Positions 25,975 through 36,145 of a stretch of 42,160 nucleotides of DNA are shown one piece after another. Each line of letters opens with the position of its first letter. The stretch's first letter is position 1. Where the stretch lies: the sequence record SRR31156797_1306, one strand, 5' to 3'. Position numbers and translations under genes: made by a program. The notes beneath the pieces were generated by a model. That model was not told the origin of the DNA. It saw only the letters and a list, made by a program, of their open reading frames with translations, and did no database searches.

Positions 25975-26085
25975 CACACGTAATAGTAGGTAGATTTTAA
26001 TGGATTATTTAATTCATTATTTCATAGTTAAATTTTAGGGTTAGTAATAGAACATGAAAAGGAGGCAGGGGCAGCCTCCTTTTTT
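25975..26085 (+). ncRNA. Candidate small RNA (5' end uncertain), resembling Bacteroides FopS-type paralogous sRNAs
   Basis: TTTCATAGTTAAATTTTAGGGTTAGT motif followed by its own GC-rich terminator, separate from the gcvP terminator. Confidence 0.5.
26057..26085 (+). terminator. Intrinsic terminator (plus strand)
   Basis: AAAAGGAGGC/GCCTCCTTTT stem plus T tract. Confidence 0.85.
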
Positions 26086-26107
26086 ATGCGTTAAAATGTG
26101 ATCAAAT

Positions 26108-26141
26108 AAAAAATCCGATGAGTCATAAACTCACCGGATTT
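26108..26141 (-). terminator. gcvP terminator
   Basis: AAATCCG-A-TGAGT/ACTCA-C-CGGATTT stem with a minus-strand T tract. Confidence 0.75.
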
Positions 26142-26169
26142 AATTTTATCTAAATGATCTGATTAAAAA

Positions 26170-29061
26170 TTAATCAGCATCAATAAATTCTTCGTTGTAA
26201 ACCTCAAGAGGTGCACAAGTACACATTAAATTACGATCTCCGTAAGCATCATCCACTCGACCAACAGTTGGCCAGAATTTGTTATCAGCAACCCATTTTA
26301 ATGGGTAAACAGCTTTCTTACGAGAATAGGTATGATTCCACTCATCATCCGTCATTACAAGATGTGTATGTGGTGCATTTTTCAATACATTATCAACTGT
26401 ATCTGCAACACCATCTTCAATCTCCTTCATCTCTTCATTGATCTTAGCCAATGCTTCGATAAAACGATCTAACTCTTCCAATGGCTCACTTTCTGTTGGT
26501 TCAACCATTAAAGTTCCATGAACCGGGAATGATAAAGTAGGTGCATGGAAACCATAATCCATCAATCGCTTAGCAATATCTGTATCTGTAATTCCAACTG
26601 ACTTATTGAATTCACGACAATCGAAAATCATCTCGTGACCAACACGTCCGTTTTCACCTTTGTATAAAATCTTAAAGCCTAATTTTTCGAATGAAGAAGA
26701 CAAATAGTTAGCATTCAAAATTGCCATCTCTGTTACTTCTTTCAATCCATCAGCCCCAAGCATTGCAATATAACCATAGGTTATTGGCAATACACTTGCC
26801 GATCCGAAAGGTGCAGCAGCTACTGCAGTAATTGCATTTTCGCCACCAGTTTTCACATACTTATGAGAAGGTAAGAATTGTACCAAGTGCTCAGCCACTC
26901 CAATTGGACCAACACCAGGACCACCTCCACCATGAGGAATTGCAAATGTTTTGTGTAAGTTCAAATGGCAAACATCAGCTCCAATGATTCCAGGATTTGT
27001 AAGACCAACCTGTGCATTCATATTCGCACCATCCATATAAACCTGTCCACCATTTTCGTGAATCACATTCATCATTTCTTTGATACCCGATTCGAATACA
27101 CCGTGAGTTGAAGGATAAGTAATCATGTATGCACACAAATCATCCTTATGCTTTTCTGCTTTCGCTTTCAAGTCATCAAACTTCACATTTCCATTCTCAT
27201 CACAAGCAACGATTACCACTTTCATTCCTGCTACAGTTACCGAAGCAGGGTTGGTTCCGTGAGCCGATGAAGGAATCAAAACAATATTTCTGTGACCTTC
27301 TCCACGAGAAATGTGATACTCGCGAATCACCATCAAACCAGTATATTCTCCAGCAGCACCAGAATTAGGCTGTAAAGTACATCCTGCAAATCCAGTAATA
27401 ACTGATAACCATTGCTCTAATTCTGTAATGATTTGAGAATAACCATCAACTTGATTCATTGGCACAAAAGGGTGAATCCCACCAAATTCAGGCCAGCTGA
27501 TCGGTAACATTTCAACAGCAGCATTCAATTTCATTGTACATGATCCCAAAGAAATCATGGAAGTATTCAAGCCAATGTCTTTTTTCTCTAAGCTTTTGAT
27601 GTAACGCATCATTGCCGTTTCTGAACGATAACGATTAAACACATCAAGAGTTAGGAAATCACTTGTTCTTGTAAATTTAGAATCGAAATAGAATTTCTCT
27701 TCTAACTCCTGAACTGCAACCTCCGCTTTTCCAGCAGCTTTTGCAAAAATATTTAAAATGGTATTAACTTCTTCCTTACTGATTTTTTCATCAGTAGAAA
27801 TACCAATTGTTGTTTCATTTATATATCGGAAGTTCAACTCTGCCTTTAAAGCAGCTTCACGAATTTCTTCAACAGAAACTCCAGCAGGAGCTACAATCTC
27901 TAATGTATCAAAGTAATTTTCTACATTTTGCTGATAACCTAATGCTTTTAATCCATCAGAAAGTTGACCTGCAGCAGAATGAATATGTGTAGCAATTCTC
28001 TTTAATCCTTCAGCACCATGGTAAACACCATAGAAACCAGCCATAGTTGCCAATAAAGCTTGTGCTGTACAAATATTCGAAGTTGCTTTTTCACGCTTAA
28101 TGTGTTGCTCACGAGTCTGCAATGCCATTCTAACCGCGTGATTTCCCTGAGCATCTTTGGTTACACCAATAATACGACCTGGAACATTACGTTTGTACGA
28201 TTCACGGCAAGCAAGATAAGCTGCATGTGGTCCACCATAACCCATTGGAATACCAAAACGTTGAGTAGTACCTACAACAATATCAGCACCCCATTCTCCT
28301 GGAGGAGTTAACAGTGTCAAACTCATTAAATCTGCAGCTACAGAAACTAATGATTCTACAGCATGAGCACGTTCCACAAAATCAGTATAATCTTCAATAC
28401 TACCGTTTGATGCAGGATATTGAACAATAGCACCAAATACCTTCTCAGTAAACTCAAAAGTTTTAAAATCTCCGATAACTAACTCTATTCCAAGAGGAGT
28501 TGCTCTGGTCATTAAAACATCTAAAGTTTGAGTGTAGATTTTCTCATCAACAAAAAGTTGATTCGCTCCAGCCTTCTTCTTAGCACGAGAGCGAAGTCCC
28601 TGCATCATGTACATAGTTTCACCCACTGCTGTTGCTTCATCAAGAAGAGAACAGTTTGCCAATTCCATTTTGGTTAAATCCAAAACCATGGTCTGGAAGT
28701 TCAACAAAGCTTCTAATCTACCTTGTGAAACTTCCGCCTGATACGGAGTATAAGGTGTATACCATCCTGGATTTTCCAGTACATTTCTTTGAATTACCGC
28801 AGGTGTAATGGTATCGTAGTAACCTTGTCCAATAAAAGTACGGAACAATTTATTCTTAGCAGCAATTCCCTTAATCTTCGAAAAATATTCGTATTCCGAT
28901 AGCGCTTGAGGTAAATCTAACGCTTTATCTAATCTAATATCCGAAGGGATTGTTTCTTCAATCAGGGCATCAATTGATGATGCGCCAACAGTTTCCAACA
29001 TGGTTTTGATATCGCCATTGCGAGGACCAATGTGACGGGAAACAAACTTTTCGCTTGCCAT
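26170..29061 (-). CDS. gcvP: Glycine dehydrogenase (decarboxylating), single-chain P protein
   Basis: [52 protein letters not shown]. Confidence 0.98.
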   Translation of the reverse strand: MASEKFVSRHIGPRNGDIKTMLETVGASSIDALIEETIPSDIRLDKALDLPQALSEYEYFSKIKGIAAKNKLFRTFIGQGYYDTITPAVIQRNVLENPGWYTPYTPYQAEVSQGRLEALLNFQTMVLDLTKMELANCSLLDEATAVGETMYMMQGLRSRAKKKAGANQLFVDEKIYTQTLDVLMTRATPLGIELVIGDFKTFEFTEKVFGAIVQYPASNGSIEDYTDFVERAHAVESLVSVAADLMSLTLLTPPGEWGADIVVGTTQRFGIPMGYGGPHAAYLACRESYKRNVPGRIIGVTKDAQGNHAVRMALQTREQHIKREKATSNICTAQALLATMAGFYGVYHGAEGLKRIATHIHSAAGQLSDGLKALGYQQNVENYFDTLEIVAPAGVSVEEIREAALKAELNFRYINETTIGISTDEKISKEEVNTILNIFAKAAGKAEVAVQELEEKFYFDSKFTRTSDFLTLDVFNRYRSETAMMRYIKSLEKKDIGLNTSMISLGSCTMKLNAAVEMLPISWPEFGGIHPFVPMNQVDGYSQIITELEQWLSVITGFAGCTLQPNSGAAGEYTGLMVIREYHISRGEGHRNIVLIPSSAHGTNPASVTVAGMKVVIVACDENGNVKFDDLKAKAEKHKDDLCAYMITYPSTHGVFESGIKEMMNVIHENGGQVYMDGANMNAQVGLTNPGIIGADVCHLNLHKTFAIPHGGGGPGVGPIGVAEHLVQFLPSHKYVKTGGENAITAVAAAPFGSASVLPITYGYIAMLGADGLKEVTEMAILNANYLSSSFEKLGFKILYKGENGRVGHEMIFDCREFNKSVGITDTDIAKRLMDYGFHAPTLSFPVHGTLMVEPTESEPLEELDRFIEALAKINEEMKEIEDGVADTVDNVLKNAPHTHLVMTDDEWNHTYSRKKAVYPLKWVADNKFWPTVGRVDDAYGDRNLMCTCAPLEVYNEEFIDAD

Positions 29062-29311
29062 ATTGTTGTTAAAATTAGTTGTTGTTATAAAATATTTGTG
29101 AGTGTAAATGTAAGAAAAGAATTAAGATTTAGAAGTCTAAGTTAACGATTTCGGGCTCTGTTTTTTAACATTCTACCACAATCTACATAAAGCTCTTAAC
29201 AAATTGTTTTATAGATGAATACAAACCTGACATTTATCACCTTTTCTATGGTGAATTTGACCAAAATTCAATCTATTAAAATCTTATCAAATCCTTCCCA
29301 AAATCAATAAT

Positions 29312-29340
29312 AAAAAAAACCTCTTCGAAGTGAAGAGGTT
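29312..29340 (-). terminator. Terminator of the MBL hydrolase gene
   Basis: AACCTCTTC/GAAGAGGTT stem with a minus-strand T run. Confidence 0.8.
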
Positions 29341-29357
29341 CTATTCTAAAAATATTT

Positions 29358-30005
29358 TTATAAGCCTTTCAGAAACACATTGTTATTTCTTTCGTGCCCT
29401 ATACTTGTTGCAGGTCCATGTCCAGGATAAACACTCACTTCATCATCTAAAACAAGAAGTTTGGTTTTGATTCCTTCAATTAGCTGTTCGTAATTTCCGT
29501 ATGGCAAATCTGTGCGTCCAATACTTTCTCTGAACAAAACATCACCAACAATGGCAAACTTTTGATCTTCATTGTAAAAAACAACATGACCTGGTGAATG
29601 ACCTGGCACATGCAATACTTTCAATTCAGAATTCCCGAATTTAATACTATCACCATCAACAATTGCAGTTCCCATTTTTGGTGGTTCAACTACATTCTCC
29701 AAGCCCAAACGAACACCATAATTTGGAGCTTCGGCTAAAAGAAATTCATCATCTTTATGAGCATGGGTAAGCAATCCAAACTGATCTTTCATGAACTGAT
29801 TTCCCAAAACATGATCGATATGCAGATGCGTGTTCAATTGTTTTACCAATTTCAATCCTTTTTTCTCAACAAAATCGATTAGTTTTTTGCCTTCATCTTC
29901 GAAAAAAACACCACAGTCTATCAATACTGCTTCACCTGTTTCATCGTGTAGAATATATGTATTTTCCTGCCAGTGATTAAACACTAAAGTTTCAATCGTA
30001 ATCAT
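29358..30005 (-). CDS. MBL-fold metallo-hydrolase (glyoxalase II-like)
   Basis: THLHIDH, PGHSPG, GDVLF, PGHG; start moved to ATG 30005 (TAAATTTG promoter at 30034-30027). Confidence 0.92.
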   Translation of the reverse strand: MITIETLVFNHWQENTYILHDETGEAVLIDCGVFFEDEGKKLIDFVEKKGLKLVKQLNTHLHIDHVLGNQFMKDQFGLLTHAHKDDEFLLAEAPNYGVRLGLENVVEPPKMGTAIVDGDSIKFGNSELKVLHVPGHSPGHVVFYNEDQKFAIVGDVLFRESIGRTDLPYGNYEQLIEGIKTKLLVLDDEVSVYPGHGPATSIGHERNNNVFLKGL

Positions 30006-30058
30006 ATCATTATTTTTTAGGTAGCCCAAATTTACATCTTATTACATTAGTAGAAAAA

Positions 30059-30634
30059 TCAAAGTGCTGAAAATTTCAATTCAAATTTATCCAATACCTT
30101 ATATACAGGTCCTGATTGATTTAAAATACTCTCCATTAAAACAATCTCTTCAACAATAAATGACTTATCCTCCCAATTCGCATATAAATCTAAAATGGAA
30201 TTAACCAAGTCAGGATTTTTAACACCCATCTTAATTCTGCCTAAGGTTACATGAGGCGAAAAACGCACATCTCCAATTTCCACAATACAATTTAATTGCT
30301 TTACTATTTCTGCATGAAGATTATAAATTATTTCATCACTGTTAACGCCCAACCACAATACTCTTGGTTTAATATTGCTGGGAAAAGCCCCTAACGATTT
30401 AAGTTGAACGTGAAATTGCGGAGTATTTCTCACCAATTCGCTCAACCTGTTTTTTATTAATGAAATTTTTCTCACATCAGTAGTACCCAGAAAGCTAATA
30501 GTGATATGTAACCCTTTAGTATTAACCCATTTTATACATTCATCTTTTAAATCGACTTGTACTTGTCGAAAAATCTTACGAATTTGATCTGTATTGGCTA
30601 TCTTTATTGCTATAAATATTCGCTTTGTTTCCAT
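30059..30634 (-). CDS. thpR: RNA 2',3'-cyclic phosphodiesterase (2H family)
   Basis: RIFIAI, LHITISFLG, FSPHVTLGR; start moved to ATG 30634. Confidence 0.9.
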   Translation of the reverse strand: METKRIFIAIKIANTDQIRKIFRQVQVDLKDECIKWVNTKGLHITISFLGTTDVRKISLIKNRLSELVRNTPQFHVQLKSLGAFPSNIKPRVLWLGVNSDEIIYNLHAEIVKQLNCIVEIGDVRFSPHVTLGRIKMGVKNPDLVNSILDLYANWEDKSFIVEEIVLMESILNQSGPVYKVLDKFELKFSAL

Positions 30635-30730
30635 GAGCTTGTTTCGGTTTCTATTTCTGATCAATTTCTAAAATTTAAAGTGATTCTTAGACCAACTAAA
30701 TCAAGTATCTTAAAACTAAATCATATCAAA

Positions 30731-31384
30731 ATGAATTCAAAGAAAAAATTTGCTGTTGTTCTTGCTGGTTCGGGTGTATACGATGGATCTGAAATTCATG
30801 AGGCGACATTGGCTCTTTATGCGATCTCGAAAAATGGAGGTGAATATCAAATTTTTGCTCCCGACAACGATCAATTTCACGTAATCAATCACCTTACAGG
30901 TGAAGAAATGCCTGAAAAAAGAAATGTTTTAGTTGAAGCTGCACGAATTGCTCGTGGTAATATTAAAAACCTGAAAGAATTTAAAGCTGATGAGTTTGAT
31001 GCAATTCTTTTCCCGGGAGGCTTTGGTGTAGCTAAAAACTTATGCACATTTGCTTTTCATGGTCCCGACTGCCAGGTAAATAACGATGTTGAAACAGCTT
31101 TAAAAGCTATGCATGTAGCCAATAAGCCTATTGGTGCACTTTGTATTGCTCCTGCTTTAATTGCTAAAATTTTGGGTAAAGTTGAAGTTACCATAGGTCA
31201 AGATGCTGATACGGCAGAAGCCATTACTTCTCTTGGAGCCACTCATGTAAACACCAATCATGGTGAAATCGTTTTTGATAAAGAGAACAAAATCGTAACT
31301 ACTCCTTGTTATATGCTTGATGCAACAATAGCACAAATTGGCGAAGGAGCCGAAAATGTGGTTAAAACCATTATGGCATTATAA
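30731..31384 (+). CDS. elbB: ElbB-family glyoxalase (DJ-1/PfpI superfamily)
   Basis: GSGVYDGSEIHEA, RNVLVEAARIARG, PGGFGVAKNL, LCIAP, VTTPCYM; start ATG 30731. Confidence 0.92.
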   Translation: MNSKKKFAVVLAGSGVYDGSEIHEATLALYAISKNGGEYQIFAPDNDQFHVINHLTGEEMPEKRNVLVEAARIARGNIKNLKEFKADEFDAILFPGGFGVAKNLCTFAFHGPDCQVNNDVETALKAMHVANKPIGALCIAPALIAKILGKVEVTIGQDADTAEAITSLGATHVNTNHGEIVFDKENKIVTTPCYMLDATIAQIGEGAENVVKTIMAL

Positions 31385-31396
31385 ACGCATATCTAC

Positions 31397-31431
31397 TTGT
31401 TGGCTTAATGTAGTTCAATTTAAGCCAACAA
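31397..31431. repeat. Perfect 12-bp inverted repeat after elbB
   Basis: TTGTTGGCTTAA/TTAAGCCAACAA; no plus-strand T tract. Confidence 0.7.
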
Positions 31432-31446
31432 AATCTTAATTCATCT

Positions 31447-32007
31447 ATGAAAAATCGAAACACAAAAGATGTTGGTGAAAACCACATCTATCCCTTTATC
31501 CTTTCTAATTTATTTTTGTTTATCGGAATCTTCTTTTCATTAAATTCTGCCCCAGAAGTAGCCATTCTTTTTTATTCCCTGGCATTAAACCTATTTTCGA
31601 TTTGGATTATTTTTTATTCTTCATTGAAAAAGAAACTTGCTCATTACACGGAGTATTTTAACAATTTGAAAATTGGCATTTTATGTGTTGCTGCAATTTT
31701 ACCTGTATTTTTAATGCTAATTCCCCTATTGATTCAACCCGACTTAAGTAAATCTTTATTGTTAGGTTTAAGTTGGATTGTATGTTTACTGAGTAAAGCT
31801 CTACTTTCTAATTATTACTCGTGGGAATTAAAAGCCGAACAATTAATGAATAATTACAGAATGAATATAGGTGATGCAAGAGATGACAAATTCGAAGAAT
31901 TAAAGATTTTCATTGAGATCAATCCTGATAAGTTTGCTCGCTATATTGAAAAATCAGAGCTTTTCGACGATAGAATTGAGGATTTTATTACTTCAAAAAC
32001 TCATTGA
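31447..32007 (+). CDS. Hypothetical membrane protein (about 4 TM)
   Basis: Four hydrophobic segments and a charged C-terminal tail. Confidence 0.75.
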   Translation: MKNRNTKDVGENHIYPFILSNLFLFIGIFFSLNSAPEVAILFYSLALNLFSIWIIFYSSLKKKLAHYTEYFNNLKIGILCVAAILPVFLMLIPLLIQPDLSKSLLLGLSWIVCLLSKALLSNYYSWELKAEQLMNNYRMNIGDARDDKFEELKIFIEINPDKFARYIEKSELFDDRIEDFITSKTH

Positions 32008-32011
32008 GAAT

Positions 32012-32278
32012 TTAAACACCTCCTCTGGTTAAATTATTCCAATTATCTGAGAATCCATTTTTATTTCCTCTTCGTTTCAATTTTGTCTTAATATCTAATT
32101 TATGATCTTTTAAAATATTCAGAATAATAAATCCGCAAATAAAAGGAACTAAATATGTTAAAATAATATTATAATTCTTTTGCTTATCACTTAAGGATTT
32201 AGAATTACCAATTTGTCTCGAAACAAGGTACGAATACACCAAATAAATAATTATTCCACAAATTAAGTATGAGTTCAT
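32012..32278 (-). CDS. Small 2-TM hypothetical protein
   Basis: ATG start, two hydrophobic helices and a basic tail; fills the intergenic gap. Confidence 0.6.
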   Translation of the reverse strand: MNSYLICGIIIYLVYSYLVSRQIGNSKSLSDKQKNYNIILTYLVPFICGFIILNILKDHKLDIKTKLKRRGNKNGFSDNWNNLTRGGV

Positions 32279-32330
32279 AATTTTTAGTTTAAAAAAGAGT
32301 TTTTTTACTCATTCAATAAACATCAGATAT

Positions 32331-32978
32331 TTAGTTAATCCTTTGCATTGGTAATTTTCTTGGAGGTCTTAATTCCTGATTCTTCATTCTATCTAATATT
32401 TCTTCCACCATCCAATCATCACCTAAAGGATCGTATTCAGCTTTTAAGGATGTGCCAAACATTACAGCTATCGATTGCCAAAAAACTGCTGTAAATGATC
32501 CTTTCAATTCTTTTAAATGATGATAACTGCTATTTCCTGTTTCTCTATCAATCAATTTCATCAAAAGTTTTCCTTGAGAGATTTTCAACTTCATTAAGGG
32601 CTTCTTATACTCCTTCATTAGCCCCTTGTATTCCTTACGAATTAATTTTCTTCTGGCTTTTTTACTATCAACAGATTTAAGTAGAATATTTAATTGCTCG
32701 ATAGTTTTATTGGCAGCTTCAGCATACGGATAGACAACTCGAATATTTCGAACAGTCCTCCAATATTTATGAGTTGACCGATAATGTTTTCTCCGCTTCC
32801 TCTTGTAATGTTCAATTTTAACTTCGTCGAGATTGACATGCAAATTGGTATCAAGAAAAACAACCGTATCCACTTTATTCTGAACAGATCGAATGCTGTT
32901 CGATTTTGCTTCTACAATACTGGCAAAAGCAAAAACGAATATCAGAACCAAGCCTATTTTAAAATATCGAACATCCAC
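32331..32978 (-). CDS. DUF4294-like exported protein
   Basis: VVYPYA, SQGKLLMKLIDRETG, FWQ..A..FG.SLK.EYDP. Confidence 0.8.
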   Translation of the reverse strand: MDVRYFKIGLVLIFVFAFASIVEAKSNSIRSVQNKVDTVVFLDTNLHVNLDEVKIEHYKRKRRKHYRSTHKYWRTVRNIRVVYPYAEAANKTIEQLNILLKSVDSKKARRKLIRKEYKGLMKEYKKPLMKLKISQGKLLMKLIDRETGNSSYHHLKELKGSFTAVFWQSIAVMFGTSLKAEYDPLGDDWMVEEILDRMKNQELRPPRKLPMQRIN

Positions 32979-33287
32979 AATTCAAATTTAAACTTTCTAT
33001 CTTTAAACGAACTTTCTAAATCCTATTAACCCGAAAAAAAATCAAATAACAGGATATTAAATATCAAAAACGGAAGATTTTACTTTACATATATCAAGAT
33101 ATTAATTGAAAATATAGACACAGCCTATTTATCAAGATTTAAAAGGTTTTAAGCTCATTTCATAAAAAATAAAATTTACTTAACACAATCCTTTTGTATG
33201 CACCGAAATTTTATTTCTTTTGCAAATTACAAAATCAAGTATTTTTTACAACAAACAACTTTAATAACAAGAGATAACATAGCAGGC

Positions 33288-34577
33288 ATGACTAAGTATG
33301 TAGAATTAGATGTTAGATCGGAGATTGGTGAATTGGAGGGAGTAATCCTTCATACTCCGGGTTCGGAAGTTGAGAATATGACTCCTGAGAATGCCGAACG
33401 AGCACTTTATAGTGATATCTTAAACCTTGCTGTTGCAAGAGAAGAGTACAAGCAACTTAGCGGAGTACTTGGCGAGATAGCAGAAACTTATCAGGTAAAA
33501 GATTTGTTGGCAAATGTTCTGAAAAACGAAAAAGCCAAGGAAGAAATTATCGATAAGATTTGCCTAATGGAACCACAAGTAGGTATTAAAGGAAACACCT
33601 ACTGTATTAAGGACTATTTACTTGCTCAGGAGCCAGAAGAGCTTTCAAGATTATTAATTGAAGGTGTACCGCTTAAAGCTGATAATTTAACCAAATTCTT
33701 AAGCAAAGAGCGTTATGCAATGCGTCCATTGCACAATTTCTTCTTTACTCGTGATGCTTCCATGTCGGTTCTTGACGAAGTATTAATTGGTAAAATGGCT
33801 AATGGTGTTCGCGATCGCGAATCACTAATTATGCAAGCTATTTTCGATTATACTCCTGGATTCAAAACCAAAACAGTTAATCCAATTGACAATCCAATAA
33901 TGGATCCAAATTGTATGATTGAAGGTGGTGATGTTTTGATAGCTAGAGATGATATTTTGGTAATCGGAAATGGAACCAGAACAACATCGCAAGGTATCGA
34001 CTTTATTTTGGCTCAATTGCTTTCTCAGAAAGAGAAAAAGCAACGTCATATCTTAGTTCAGGAATTGCCAAGTCAACCAGAATCATTTATCCACTTGGAT
34101 ATGGTATTCACTTTACTTGATGTGGACAAATGTATGGTTTACGAACCACTTATCGTTCGTCCTAACAAATACCAAACTGTTCATATTACAATTGTGAATG
34201 GTAAAGTAATTAACATCAAACGTGAAAACAACTTACTTGAAGCTCTTAAGAAGTTAGGAATGGATCTTAAGCCTATTTACTGTGGTGGTAATAATGATCC
34301 TTGGAACCAGGAAAGAGAGCAATGGCACAGTGGAGCCAATTTCTTTGCTGTTGGACCAGGTAAAGTGGTTGGTTACGGTAGAAATATCCACACTATGGAA
34401 GCTATGAACAAAAATGGCTTTGAAATTCTTCGTGCTAAAGATATTATTCGCCATAAGGTTGAACTTTCTGATTACGAAAAATATGTAATTACCATTGAAG
34501 GATCTGAATTGCCTCGTGGTGGTGGTGGCGCTCGATGCATGACAATGCCAATACGTCGTAAACCAGTTAAATGGTAA
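33288..34577 (+). CDS. arcA: Arginine deiminase family protein
   Basis: SEIGEL, FFTRD, IEGGD, HLD, SELPRGGGGARCMT; start moved to ATG 33288. Confidence 0.88.
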   Translation: MTKYVELDVRSEIGELEGVILHTPGSEVENMTPENAERALYSDILNLAVAREEYKQLSGVLGEIAETYQVKDLLANVLKNEKAKEEIIDKICLMEPQVGIKGNTYCIKDYLLAQEPEELSRLLIEGVPLKADNLTKFLSKERYAMRPLHNFFFTRDASMSVLDEVLIGKMANGVRDRESLIMQAIFDYTPGFKTKTVNPIDNPIMDPNCMIEGGDVLIARDDILVIGNGTRTTSQGIDFILAQLLSQKEKKQRHILVQELPSQPESFIHLDMVFTLLDVDKCMVYEPLIVRPNKYQTVHITIVNGKVINIKRENNLLEALKKLGMDLKPIYCGGNNDPWNQEREQWHSGANFFAVGPGKVVGYGRNIHTMEAMNKNGFEILRAKDIIRHKVELSDYEKYVITIEGSELPRGGGGARCMTMPIRRKPVKW

Positions 34578-34599
34578 TCATTTCAACAAAATAACACAC

Positions 34600-34628
34600 A
34601 AAGGAATCCTATTCGGATTCCTTTTTTT
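34600..34628 (+). terminator. arcA terminator
   Basis: AAAGGAATCC/GGATTCCTTT plus T tract. Confidence 0.85.
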
Positions 34629-34669
34629 ATTTTTGTGCCTGATTAAGTAAGAATAGTAGCAAGACAAGT

Positions 34670-35206
34670 ATGAGAAAATTAAAAAACAGCGAATTAGAAC
34701 GCAAAAGCATTGATGAGTTTAAGCAATCTGAGAAAACTCCAATCGTAATTGTATTAGACAATGTAAGAAGTCTGAACAATATAGGTTCAGTGTTTCGTAC
34801 TTCCGATGCCTTACTTATCGAAGCTGTCTATTTGTGTGGTATTACTGCAACTCCTCCACACCGTGAATTACATAAAACTGCCCTAGGTGCTGAAGATTCT
34901 GTAAATTGGGAATATTTCAAAAATACCGAAGATGCAGTTGCTAAACTTAAAGAAAATGGGTTTGAAGTTTATTCGGTAGAACAAGCTGAGAATAGTGTTT
35001 CACTAGAGAATTTTGAAGCAAAATTATCTGAAAAATATGCTCTTATTTTCGGTAATGAAGTAAAAGGAGTTCAGCAAAAAATTGTAGATTCTTCTGATGG
35101 TTGCATAGAAATTCCACAATTTGGCACGAAACACTCATTTAATATTTCAGTTAGCTGTGGAATTGTTTTATGGGATTTGTTCTCAAAACTCAATTATAAG
35201 AAATAG
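34670..35206 (+). CDS. SpoU/TrmH family RNA methyltransferase
   Basis: LDNVRSLNNIGSVFRT, FGNEVKGV, EIPQFGTKHSFNISV. Confidence 0.93.
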   Translation: MRKLKNSELERKSIDEFKQSEKTPIVIVLDNVRSLNNIGSVFRTSDALLIEAVYLCGITATPPHRELHKTALGAEDSVNWEYFKNTEDAVAKLKENGFEVYSVEQAENSVSLENFEAKLSEKYALIFGNEVKGVQQKIVDSSDGCIEIPQFGTKHSFNISVSCGIVLWDLFSKLNYKK

Positions 35207-35207
35207 T

Positions 35208-36026
35208 TTACTCTTTAAGATTAAACTCTAAGGTGGTAACCGTTCCTGGAAATGCCTTATCTGTCATTTTCGAAAAGGTGCGATGCCCTACTTGTTTCCA
35301 AACACCATTACCGGACAGAATTTGGATTTTCCCTTGATTTTGTTCTATAAACTGGCGTATTGTAAACAACCCTATGCCACCTTTTTGAGCTCTTTTTGAG
35401 CTTGTACCACTTTTAACAGCCCACTCAATTGCAGAGATATCATTTCTAGAAAATTCCTTATCGGGAACAACTTCTTTCAATGTTTTTCCTCTACTAGCAA
35501 CAGTGATGTATAGTTTTTTATTATACACCGAAAAGTAATGAGCGATAAAAACTTCATGACACTGACTATGCACAAATGCATTTCGAAAAACTTCGGCAAC
35601 ACAAAGTTGAACCGCCATTTTTAAATGCGGATTAAGTGTTACATCTGGTCTTTCAGGAAAAATTTTCGTTTCCAGATATTCCGATAATGCATCTTCATCG
35701 GCTGTTCCAAAAAACTGGCACTTGATCAAATGCTTCCAAAGAAATTTTCTGGTTGCTCCGTTGATCAGTTTTTTTGTATTAAAAAGATTAGAAATAGACT
35801 CCTGTAATCCTAATAAACGAACCTTATTTCGTTTCTTTTCCAATGTAGCTATCAAACATCCCAAAACCGAAAATAAATTCGATTCAAAAACTTTAGTTTC
35901 TTCAAAGTTCAAAACAATCTCTTCAGCGTAACATCTCCTGGTTTTTTCATATGTTTCAATAAAAAAAACCATAGCTTGAAAATTATTTGTCACTTTTTGC
36001 GGAATATCAACAACTGTCTTTTTCAT
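35208..36026 (-). CDS. STAS-like plus GHKL/HATPase-like protein
   Basis: N-box EVFRNAFVHS, G2 GTSSK...GGIGL, ILSGNG, FPGT. Confidence 0.7.
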   Translation of the reverse strand: MKKTVVDIPQKVTNNFQAMVFFIETYEKTRRCYAEEIVLNFEETKVFESNLFSVLGCLIATLEKKRNKVRLLGLQESISNLFNTKKLINGATRKFLWKHLIKCQFFGTADEDALSEYLETKIFPERPDVTLNPHLKMAVQLCVAEVFRNAFVHSQCHEVFIAHYFSVYNKKLYITVASRGKTLKEVVPDKEFSRNDISAIEWAVKSGTSSKRAQKGGIGLFTIRQFIEQNQGKIQILSGNGVWKQVGHRTFSKMTDKAFPGTVTTLEFNLKE

Positions 36027-36093
36027 ACTAGATCCTTAATTAATGGGATCGACTAAGATAAAAAAATCACTCTATATTAGTGCATATTAAAAT

Positions 36094-36124
36094 AAAAAAA
36101 GGCGATCCATAAAGGATCGCCTTT
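36094..36124 (-). terminator. Terminator of the TPR lipoprotein gene
   Basis: AAAGGCGATCC/GGATCGCCTTT with a minus-strand T run. Confidence 0.85.
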
Positions 36125-36145
36125 CATATATATCGTAATTATTAA

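Noticed and set aside
29062-29357. Glycine riboswitch upstream of gcvP
   Set aside because: AT-rich region without recognisable aptamer motifs or stems.
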